Below are positions 38,301 through 42,462 of a DNA stretch of 64,000 bases, in pieces. Every line of letters starts with the position of its first letter. Positions within the stretch are counted from its first letter, which is position 1. The stretch is from Microgenomates group bacterium GW2011_GWC1_46_15 (GTDB taxonomy: Bacteria; Patescibacteriota; Microgenomatia; UBA1400; UBA12028): the NCBI GenBank assembly GCA_001002285.1, contig LCLX01000003.1:2560-66559 (forward strand). Direction: 5' to 3'. Made by a program: the position numbers and the translations under genes. A model generated the notes under the pieces. The model was given only the letters and a program-made list of their open reading frames with translations, made no database searches and was not told the origin of the DNA.

Positions 38301-39524
38301 CAGTTCATCCGTTCCAACGCGACTGACTCCGCGCTCACCCTCCGCTTGGACCCCGACATCTTCACGATTCTTGGAACACAGCCAGACACCGCAACCCCAT
38401 CCACACTCATGAGTATTGATGCACGCGGTAACGCGACCTTCACTGGCCAGCTCACTACCGACACATTTACCGCGCAATCCGCACGTGTTCAAACACTCGA
38501 AGCAGTGAACGCCTCACTTGGTGACGCAACCATCGCTGGTACACTGCGCGCGGGAAATATTGAGGCCAACACGATCTCCGGCCTTGACGACCGCGTCTCG
38601 CTTGCCGTCCGCACCGCCGTGGATACTGCAACCGCCAGCGGCTACTTCGCATCAGCCTCACTCCCGCAGGACCTCAGCACACTCATCGCTACGCTCTTGC
38701 CCGCCAATAACCTGGATATTGAAACCGTCTTGACTCAGCTCAATACCCAAACCAACAAAAACATTACACTTGCTGAAGTCTTGGCGCCAAAGGCGATTAT
38801 TGCTTCAGACTTCCTCTCAGTCCAAGGTTTAGCGGACTTCTCCTACGCTCAGTTCGCAACCGGCCTCAGTGTACACAACTCCCTCGCACTCACCGGAAAC
38901 AGCATCAGTATCGATCCACTCCAAAATGATACTTTATATATCCAACCATCAGGAAATGGAACACTCAACTTCCTCGCCGGAGTGCTTACTATAGATAGTA
39001 TCGGTGGGGTAAGTGTAAACGGTGATCTGTATGTTTCTGGATCAATCTATACAAATACAATCAGAACTACATCACTTTCACTTGGCGCTTCTCCATTCGC
39101 AACAGATTCGGCGACCCCAAACACCCTTTCCGGCTTTGGTAAACTACTCGCACTCTATGACGAAACCGGAAATGTTGTTGGCTCGGTAGACGCATCCGGT
39201 TCTGCAACGTTTCATCAGCTCACGACAGGCCAGCTTGTTATTGCGTCACCGTTTACCACAACCAGCTCTGGCCAACTCGCCGGGATATCAACAAGCAACG
39301 CCAGCGCAGGCACCGCAGTTTTGCCAGCCGGACAAACTGAACTCATCATTGCCAACACCACGCTTGACGACCGCACACTTGTCTACTTGACTCCGCAGTC
39401 CGATACGCGTAACCAAGTGTTGTACGTGAAAACTAAAATCTCCGGCGAAGGATTTACCGTTGCCGTACTCCAACCTGTACCGCAGGACATCACATTTACG
39501 TACTGGTTGATTAAAACACAGTAA
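23391..39524 (+). CDS. giant (5377 aa) membrane-anchored surface fibre protein
   Basis: Single uninterrupted 16.1 kb ORF. N-terminus: tandem phage-integrase N-terminal SAM-like (core-binding) domains, predicted cytoplasmic. One TM helix (aa about 298-322). Then a huge extracellular region: Gly/Thr/Asn-rich beta repeats, LamG-like x5 (LLIHADG...DGTGDYV...W-x-FTIDxW...GxxDExR), a DUF2341-like segment, phage tail-collar-like x3, and a Peptidase_G2-like GVDFAEYF autochaperone motif. Domain calls are by motif recognition only. Confidence 0.8.
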   Translation: MSPADINYSRPQFSVPEHVIARIEAVLKQFAEFLFAQQLSKKSVTNYLSDVRVFLEHRLANNQAFQERAAEKDLKQWLSSLEQDITAYRAELLEEATPLSTINRYMASFRQFGAFLTAVHQISAFGHSSGEYLKNISFSPESHLHSLSDRLLQQFKLALTHRGCSDSTIKNYCADMHQYMQWLGEKPVFPDQIKRGVAEYLGFLRKKGASRATKARALTSLKQFYRWANESQYIKKNPFASKMAEVGTFVKTAFTPLAFFERFRKAPQQTPQEKVSEESSRRLSPITQAYDRYTRWPVSSYLHLAILILFVTLLGVFGYQQLFLNAEKKLAFPTALTRPNRTLSFQGRLTDSTGQTPITTATNFTFKLFDALTVGNQLWNSGTCSITPDQDGVFSTLLGSSCGAEIDSGVFSENPNVYLEVTVVAETLTPRQQIATVGYALNAETLQGYPASASAVENTVLIMNNSGQVLLGNASPVLRSNSGTFTVQGNALTLSTNTGTAGNISIAPDGVGQLNLLGGTTTQDFISVTNANLTTGKLINGTVGNNNTGYKFLSFTGGSVPSEKFYVGALGNVYAGNSIFAPVATISATNTSATPLIINGTGGQIFSIANSGNMTGAGTLTGLTGLTSSGTITFSGLNTAGAVVYTNGSGVLGDTAQGVSGYVLTSGGAGTPTWQDPATLTGANYWQLNSQVLAPGNTTLDLAVGGNSTAAALFRVSGTPTTSGNGAVLSSTTLTTGNLLSLSSTATSLTSGKLLSLDWSPGSAITATGDLFNINIGSNGTVGNLLNITDNGSSLFSVSETAVTSNLPTSFTSSGDVLIAYDLIFTNPTASYIKSSAPLYLQAGEMFNSSDLTLRTFNKGNVIIDSEVLVANYAATVASQLVVGTTTAPANIGGLYLTNATTYGKALAILNQTESQDIFTASASSVAKFTIANNGNLTATGTITGLTGITSSGTITFSGLNTAGAVAYTNGSGVLGVTAQGVSGYLLTSAGASTPTWTDPVTVGTNYWQLNNKVLAPGNTTYDLAIGGNSTAAAKFQVFGESGNATSTGTLTFNGAALANNVIAARRNVGLQIGDTYTGNIIIDSNNWLKLNTTNNQAITTGTGLITLAGNVDAINGLDVTTANLTVGGANFSVAPGTGNITTAGDLALNGGDLTSIATTFNFDIGNTGVLNFRDGTNTLFSITDGGTQGNASSSGNLTLGGQFQLGRFATAPTGLGTGALYYDTTSSNIFFYNGSTWTAVGSGSGASWWNQATGALYPLNSTVDMLIGGQATTSAKFAFINVNSGNPTASISGNLAIAAPAGADPATTYDVLNGGTYNLRTSVGGDLGLTSRLFITNGGNVGIGTVNPTSFKLQVAGDTGPNADASYDLGSTALQWKNIYLSGSLCFDMADCATSWATVGTNYWQLDNLVLSPGNSTLDIAVGGSATSSAKFQVFGVSGNATTTGTLTFNGATLANNVIAARRNVGLQIGGGTETGDILLDSNTFLRLNTINNQAITTGTGQMTLAGNVDAINGLDVTTANLTVGGANFSVAPATGNIITAGDLALNGGDLTSIATTFNFDIGNTGVLNFRDGTNTLFAINDYGTQGYATSSGDLGLGGQFQLGRFFTNPTTIGKGSLVYNTATDSVYYSDGSTWNQFASYAAATVWTDGGTYLYPTNRESARIYDAGGTDYIDIAHDGTNVVITTANTTKITIDAAVDLASTLNVGGNTITSPGDLSLNASGTKVIVSPDLQVNGGDILGASGETRITLVDALNLTNFSGSVDINGSYAGNDGFLTANRTATISSLIATDTPLTLRDNNAMNLLTVANSGLITVRTATISSQAVNSLDTVAFTLNAANSLTTQGAKLLSVQNATIEKFYVDKDGNIYAAGTILAGNGMGMLMQNKSGGTVAQKAIVIVDTSNNSAFTTTTTPYSKGMYGIITGVGLGTINDANSDGNCDANDICMVAVGGEVNVTIKNTTTVAKGDYVYTSDTAGSAVTSAKLFDGMLGVVTNTSTSGSGYVKFIFKPQTQVTAAASIDKGSKYNEYKLYADDYTGVGEGTSPNDNLNTKGMYFDNLLDTTKTDSANTTVSAPTQVSATTGNPTPAAPFRAGLIGGQTMSAATTDNAGNTYLGSSTVNKTVYYDRTRDSSAQVQVELGIDPNWYNGVTLAVATTSASFSQNSTIWTPNPNLSSTYNGSLLQASGTYASNAKTIYVTIKSPTTFDWTNYNGNSATGVTVTPGTSQSLAGTGVSVKFTDAKYNTGDVFKIASWFVEPSGSTRGTKQQFPERAIIVASNTNVDIIDADTQKLWMDFSSGGTWLTSNNLLAASGSNVVSSVSVLNGKMHAGLNANNQRLVKIDFSTDSGGSYQTTGWRDYLGNIAERNGGMGVSGLNGTVSIVNNNVNDVAANVIPNAPTQTTTVSGWGYFSLSSASETVNLPYKFNTNPNIVITSAGHSGTTTPVNLASCTTASAKTVVTDNTTTTSFTARESALDATNYQCYSWTATGQVSPRQFVGAATDAGVTVVNETDATAYSYSDATNDAYQNVALTSKGTLYGLNSTENQLEKWTSIPADTAARTNGTPDNVWANAGNDSFTKLLIHADGTNGATTFTDSSPNARTLTTNANAQISTAQKKFGPSSILLDGTGDYVSAADSEDWNIGNGDFTIDLWVNFSVLQNTMFVEQTTDVNNYLQLYWTTSNIIYMAIRNAGADNISFNGSWTPSTGTWYHVAFVRYGTRANIYINGISVATKTNISAGAANYTSALAVGCSPFNGCGYDLNGYMDEFRFTKGHARWTDNFTVPTNPYAKNVAIAPLPPTIQSSPSNLSVTEGTSAVDGTSDTLYIGTNQGVAVIQDKSTVSSRNDNGDEQSGSAKYYTKDYVSEELMGNVVGMWPLTSGYGSGLSDASSNQSGSALLNGTTAPTYTASGVRGQAATLGASAATATTSAGLVNQNINTIKTVSAWIYPTTLTTTNGTREMAVSADANSASVVSWGIGTKGDGTNANLTCFAGNTGPTATDLGTGIPAVVNTWYHVVLTSDGSSALKCFVNGTLYNSTTLSGTAQTPTRFQIGATQATTAFNALRGRVDEVMVTATQLSASQVKRIYEVGYRALQSHATTLGGGGADANQQLGYISTGTNTVGAVAPDYNNQFMYVGLNSTTLGGLSKIDLNSDTNIKTYNSSANVPTGGPLLIDEDTTSLAVGYTLEAVGSAASGVKTMGVDNNATATSGNFISKTYTTSESFSQAYIWSQYVTDSSDASNTVTVWASNDAGSNYYQCSNTNTNTGQSPTEYEYFCQFNTPGSSLKLKYVFARGSTKTNTYLTRYGVAWIGSDVVGGAPGGNGLYTNNGTAVANGSYLEVAHNQNTSDLLTEGWIYDGAKWIEIDDQAKTDHNTQDPTLLSWYKMEEASGDLDNAQGTAARDLIDLNGPTYQAAGRVNKAITLDGTNDYFCTGSGTTCASPSNFTTDTNRTLNTNLISYWKLDETSGSRTDSVGSNTLTDNNTVTSNPGKVGNAGQFIAANTEYLSITDNAALSTGDIDFTFSAWVYMDSLSTDTQVLGKWSASAGQYEYLLERGSANKFRFYVSSDGSTYTSVQAATFGAMSANTWYFVVAYHDSVNNTIGISVNNGAFDTVAHTTGVRDGTAQFDIGALAAGSFPFNGRIDEVGFWKKVLSTQEITDLYNSGNGNRFQGMNFIASDSFTLGGWFKHATIATNPDYMVAKTDGGTADDTNTKLLLHADGADTSTTFTDDSSSPHTMTAVGNAQIDTAQSKFGGASGLFDGTGDYVTSPDHADWDFASGDFTIDFRIRFNVVNTAYLVTHGASMAGGDGWFVRYNANNLEFAYNSTTITKAWTPSSATWYHVAVVRSGTNLYMFIDGTQIGTTGSISGTITDNANLLVVGERDSGPGAPLNGWLDEVRISKGSARWTANFTSPTLSYGTSGPGYKLLMESDGDLTFGIDDDSISFPEDSATSTVATYDDNAWHHVAAVKNGTTNIKLYVDGEEVASDTSISATETLANAGAFYLGIDGDATSNPWAGQLDETFVYSRALTAGEIGELYRSSKRFAIEQADANTVRLYNYSGAAQNLRLDVITGGLGRNAGTVSLHPDAADVDAQANGNAIWVNKTGDWGNLIKLQGDGLDKFGVDWQGHATVAGTLTIGSSSLKLSDFGSYSTIQSAGNLALQASSGNVGIGTLTPSKNLDVAGAIAFRNKFNYQQTITLTNGGGTLTNYDVLVQVDTASLISAGKMQSDCDDIRFSDSDSQTPLTYWIEQGCNTADTQIWARVPSIPNGSKDIYMVYGNSSVSSASQSWSGNFISMFNASVPAGWTQVSALDNKFPRGNTSYGGTEGADTHTVAISGTSSQSGGKVTWNSCANSVAYQYHTHTYSATSGSANNIPPYVNIVFGSKNAPGLIPTSGIVFYNSSLVSGWSNVTVLNTNFTRGSTTYGGTGGTSAAHNHTIPAMTTSGPSATVSTCQYDIGATSGGQTHSTSSTTTANNADTSLPPYEDFIPATPDQARAYEQGALVAFDATPPLGWTRKSSLDSGFPRGNSTAGGTGGGATHTHTYSIVTSAATNDTSGENAVGTGTSNDGHAHTLSGSPSGTNVPAYMDVLYYTKNTMSVTIGYSSEQVGSSSPIQILYDDTTTNLGVGQITPLWKLHVTDTQAATASAMIENLSGVGSNNPTALVLRLGSDATNPDTGDRFINFMRGDSTIIGKIQGNGSGGISYTTAGVDFAEYFRKEDPHEELLPGDVLCQGPSGGVTRCTASATGPMGVISNKAGFVGGSDHEGDPGYVIVGLIGQLPVKIDPASSAIAVGDFLTSSTKPGLAMKATRAGYVVAKALEAWQQCPGATAGSDISQNSGDSIGPSGLQNDTCDKPTIEAFVHLGYFAGELTADGFLNPDYVAQGAVSVSAQQVLADAIASPSGSIADIGQTAKDQFGGLSSANLDLFKALWANVQLLTSKLIKTEKLESPLAEIQHLDANIIHTATLSAQFIRSNATDSALTLRLDPDIFTILGTQPDTATPSTLMSIDARGNATFTGQLTTDTFTAQSARVQTLEAVNASLGDATIAGTLRAGNIEANTISGLDDRVSLAVRTAVDTATASGYFASASLPQDLSTLIATLLPANNLDIETVLTQLNTQTNKNITLAEVLAPKAIIASDFLSVQGLADFSYAQFATGLSVHNSLALTGNSISIDPLQNDTLYIQPSGNGTLNFLAGVLTIDSIGGVSVNGDLYVSGSIYTNTIRTTSLSLGASPFATDSATPNTLSGFGKLLALYDETGNVVGSVDASGSATFHQLTTGQLVIASPFTTTSSGQLAGISTSNASAGTAVLPAGQTELIIANTTLDDRTLVYLTPQSDTRNQVLYVKTKISGEGFTVAVLQPVPQDITFTYWLIKTQ

Positions 39525-39526
39525 AT

Positions 39527-40096
39527 TTACGCTGACTTCTTCCACTGTTTCTTCAACCGGGAAAATTGATGCACATTCATATTTAATTCCGGGAGATCCG
39601 TCTGAGAAAAAGCAAGATCGAAGACTTTTTGCGGAACTTTCAATTGATCTAACTGCGGAAGCTGCAAAAGACTTACAATGTCCACGAGATCCTTCCGTCC
39701 TTTTGCAGTCCCAACTCGGCCGGAATACGCCGTATACTTCAGCACAAGTAAATCCTCTATTGCCGGAACAGAAAACCCCTCAATGTGCTGTGCGCGCGTC
39801 AACACATCTTCTGCGGGAATACCTAAATTCGAATAATGCGGAACGTATATATCCACTTGTACTTCTTCCTGCGTAATTTCGTATTTTTTCAACCGGTCAT
39901 TTTTAAAAAGCTGATAATCCGTCCGAAGCTTTTCCAGCACATCAAACTCAACGATCATGTCAATGTCTTTTGATTTCAACTGATGTGTGTACAGCCACAC
40001 CGCCCATCCGCCGACGAGTGTAAAACGATACTGCCGGGCGAGCGTCTGCAAAAATTCCCAGCTTTTTTGAGTGACCTGATCACGATAATATGGCAT
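39527..40096 (-). CDS. nucleotidyltransferase-fold protein (minimal NTase, GG...D-x-D-like), hypothetical
   Basis: 189 aa. ...FTLVGGWAVWLY...SKDIDMIVEF... resembles the G[GS]-x(9-13)-D-x-D core of Pol-beta-superfamily NTases. Start overlaps the upstream HTH gene by 17 nt. Confidence 0.4.
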   Translation of the reverse strand: MPYYRDQVTQKSWEFLQTLARQYRFTLVGGWAVWLYTHQLKSKDIDMIVEFDVLEKLRTDYQLFKNDRLKKYEITQEEVQVDIYVPHYSNLGIPAEDVLTRAQHIEGFSVPAIEDLLVLKYTAYSGRVGTAKGRKDLVDIVSLLQLPQLDQLKVPQKVFDLAFSQTDLPELNMNVHQFSRLKKQWKKSA

Positions 40097-40709
40097 CGAT
40101 CTTTCCTTTCACAAACGTTACCGCGTCTTTCGCATACCAATCCGGGAGATTCCAAAGATCAACAAACATGTGTCCCAGCGTCACCTGAGATCTGTATGTG
40201 TAGAGCCGTTCATCTGCTAAAAGAACAAAAAGATTCAGCGGACCGTTCGTGCGGTGTCCCTCAAACCGTTGACCAACGACAGAAGGATCGCGGTGGTAGC
40301 AGTACACTTTATCATAATCTGTCGGCGGCTCACCAAACCGTTCACGCAGTGCGGTGTATGCCGTCGGCAGTGTTTGATCCGGCAACAACCCCTCTATTTC
40401 CGTGACCGGTAAGTTTACACTCATCTGCAGAGTCGGCTGAAGTCTGTGATGATTTGCCCAATGGTACAGAATTTTTTCCGCATCTATGACCTCTGAATGG
40501 CGCTTCCCTATCCGCACCGCCCCCATGCGACGAAGTGGTTGGATTGCGAGATGAATCGTGGATGAAGACAGGTGGAGTTCTTGGGCTAATTCCTGTTGAC
40601 CGAACGAGAAGTTCTTTTTCTCCAACGCTTCATACAGAAGGTGATTCCACACATATTCGATTTTTTTCATATATTTTATGCCTATATTCGATGATATACG
40701 AATATACAA
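40080..40709 (-). CDS. HTH (winged-helix) domain protein, probably co-transcribed with the NTase-like gene
   Basis: 209 aa (the true start may be the internal MKKIEYVWNHLL...). N-terminal wHTH-like segment (...FGQQELAQELHLSSSTIHLAIQPLRRMGAV...). Architecture is reminiscent of AbiEi-type antitoxin/regulator partners of NTase toxins. Confidence 0.4.
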   Translation of the reverse strand: MYIRISSNIGIKYMKKIEYVWNHLLYEALEKKNFSFGQQELAQELHLSSSTIHLAIQPLRRMGAVRIGKRHSEVIDAEKILYHWANHHRLQPTLQMSVNLPVTEIEGLLPDQTLPTAYTALRERFGEPPTDYDKVYCYHRDPSVVGQRFEGHRTNGPLNLFVLLADERLYTYRSQVTLGHMFVDLWNLPDWYAKDAVTFVKGKIDAILS

Positions 40710-40725
40710 TGGGTGTCAATGGCAA

Positions 40726-40892
40726 GTTCGGGACTTACTACTTGGCTTGGGCAGAACAACCCTTGGCTAAGGCCCGACCTACCCATAAAAGTAGAAAGAA
40801 GTTGATAAATAGTACTATTTCCTCAATTAACGGGAAGTCCCAATCTTTGGCAGTTTCAAAAGGGTAGACCCGACCTACCTATTTCATACCCC
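40726..40892 (-). repeat. composite palindromic intergenic repeat, copy 3 (inverted orientation, more diverged) plus a GGGGTATGAAA/AGGGTAGACCCGACC-related tail
   Basis: GTTCGGGACTTACTACTTGGCTTGGGCAGAACAACCCTTGGCTAAGGCCCGACCTACCCATAAAAG = reverse complement of the part-B variant. GGGAAGTCCCAATCTTT is an A variant. The tail AAAGGGTAGACCCGACCTACCTATTTCATACCCC matches the fragment at 11597-11630 (GGGGTATGAAAAGGGTAGACCCGACC). Confidence 0.65.
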
Positions 40893-40913
40893 AGTTTTAT
40901 TTTCGTTCGGTGT

Positions 40914-41183
40914 TTGTTCGATCAGTGGTTCACAATACTGTGTATGCCAAAACATGTGCAGCGACAGAATCGTTTTTATTCTCCTCATGCAGGATGGGAA
41001 CAGGTCGCGGATATTTTAAGCGATATAGGTCAAGTATTTTTTGCAACGTATGTTTTGACAAATAGTCTCAAAGGCGATAATCTCTTAATTGTAGAGATTG
41101 GTCTATTTGTATGCTCAGCGTGCTGGATAACTAGCATCGCTATTAAAAGTAAAATGAAAGGAAAAATATATGCTCAATTTTAG
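40914..41183 (+). CDS. small membrane protein, hypothetical (followed by two further <45-aa hydrophobic ORFs at about 41171-41285 and 41283-41414)
   Basis: 89 aa with two TM helices. The downstream mini-ORFs are each a single TM helix with a charged tail. No family assignment. Confidence 0.25.
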   Translation: MFDQWFTILCMPKHVQRQNRFYSPHAGWEQVADILSDIGQVFFATYVLTNSLKGDNLLIVEIGLFVCSACWITSIAIKSKMKGKIYAQF

Positions 41184-41410
41184 TGAAGAACACCTTGCGT
41201 TTGTTACCATGCTTGGCTCTTTTATTGCACTTTTTGGAAGTCTTTTAACAGTATTCCTTTCATATTCTCAGGGAGATTACTCATGACTGTTGAACAAATG
41301 ACAAATATCGCAGCTATAAATGTAACGCTTTCTATGCTCATTCTCGCATTTGTCATCTTCTTTCCTACGTTTCGCCAATACATGAAAAATCGCAAACACC
41401 ATGCGAAGAA

Positions 41411-42424
41411 ATGATCTTGACACCCCTACCAGATATTGAGTACTATAGATGTATGCCCAGTTCCCTGTTTGAACAGCCCATCATTGCTCAACCGGCGCAA
41501 GTGGTACAACAAGCACAAAGTGCGCACCAACTCCCCGTTTCTATTGCAGGCGCCACGCACGTAAAAACAGCCGCACATTTTTCTCTTAAACTCATTGCGC
41601 TCTATACTGCGCTTTTCTTCACCCCTATCGCCGGCGCGTTTGCCCTCAACACATACTCGTCTTCGTTTAAGGCGCCAACACTCCTCTCTCCCGTGAGCCA
41701 ACAGGCGCAAGACACAAGCGTAGCGGATATCACGCAGGCTTCGACAAACTCACTGGCGGATGCACAGAACACACAGTCCAACGACCTTAACTATGAGCTT
41801 TCGCTCGCCAACGGTTTTCTTCAAAAAGCAGTTGACCTCTCAAACGCGACAACCGATCAAACGCCGCAAGACAAAGAAACTATTGTCGGATATTTAAACC
41901 AAGCGCTCGAGGCAGCAAACCGCGCCATGAGTTTGGCACCGGACGACGCCCGCGGATACTCGAGTAGAGGCCGCGTGTACCAAGCAATTTCAGCGATAAA
42001 GCCTGAAGTAAAACCGCTTGCGGACAGTGATTTTGCCAAAGCACAACAGTTGGGTGCACAAAATCCAACGTCTGCACCGGAAACACAAAACCCAACCGAG
42101 TACTTGCCAACACAACAGGCATCAGAAAACTATGCGCTGAACAGCATCATCGCCGGACCACAGGAACAATTGTCAACAACCGTCACCGGTCAATCGGACG
42201 CCAACGCGCAAAAGGGACATGTTGCCCTTGAAGCAGGAAAAACCGATGTCGTTGTGTCGTATCCTCAGGTAAAAGACACAACCCAACTCTACGTCACCAC
42301 GGACAAAAATCCCGATGGCGTGACGCTCTATGTGAAAAATAAGGAAGCTGGAACTGGATTTACCATTGGCGCGACCGCGCCTCCATCTGCCCCGCTGGAC
42401 ATTACCTGGTGGGAAATTCAGTAA
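41411..42424 (+). CDS. membrane-anchored protein with TPR-like middle and a C-terminal domain shared with the giant protein
   Basis: 337 aa (start may be the internal MPSSLFEQ...). TM helix (LKLIALYTALFFTPIAGAFAL). The C-terminal about 70 aa (..GHVALEAGKTDVVVSY...LYVKNKEAGTGFTIG...PLDITWWEIQ) align with the last about 70 aa of the giant ORF (..AVLPAGQTELIIAN...LYVKTKISGEGFTVAVLQPVPQDITFTYWLIKTQ). Confidence 0.55.
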   Translation: MILTPLPDIEYYRCMPSSLFEQPIIAQPAQVVQQAQSAHQLPVSIAGATHVKTAAHFSLKLIALYTALFFTPIAGAFALNTYSSSFKAPTLLSPVSQQAQDTSVADITQASTNSLADAQNTQSNDLNYELSLANGFLQKAVDLSNATTDQTPQDKETIVGYLNQALEAANRAMSLAPDDARGYSSRGRVYQAISAIKPEVKPLADSDFAKAQQLGAQNPTSAPETQNPTEYLPTQQASENYALNSIIAGPQEQLSTTVTGQSDANAQKGHVALEAGKTDVVVSYPQVKDTTQLYVTTDKNPDGVTLYVKNKEAGTGFTIGATAPPSAPLDITWWEIQ

Positions 42425-42462
42425 TGTGATAGTGTTTGATAATGTGGTAGTGTAAAGGCGAT

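Noticed and set aside
23632-39545. Dozens of 60-240 aa ORFs in other frames or on the opposite strand within the giant gene (e.g. 26408..26962-, 27599..28135-, 30510..31232-, 35907..36476-)
   Set aside because: They overlap an ORF with coherent, multi-domain protein signatures over its whole length. Many mirror the internal repeats. They are expected frame echoes of a long, GC-moderate, repeat-rich gene.
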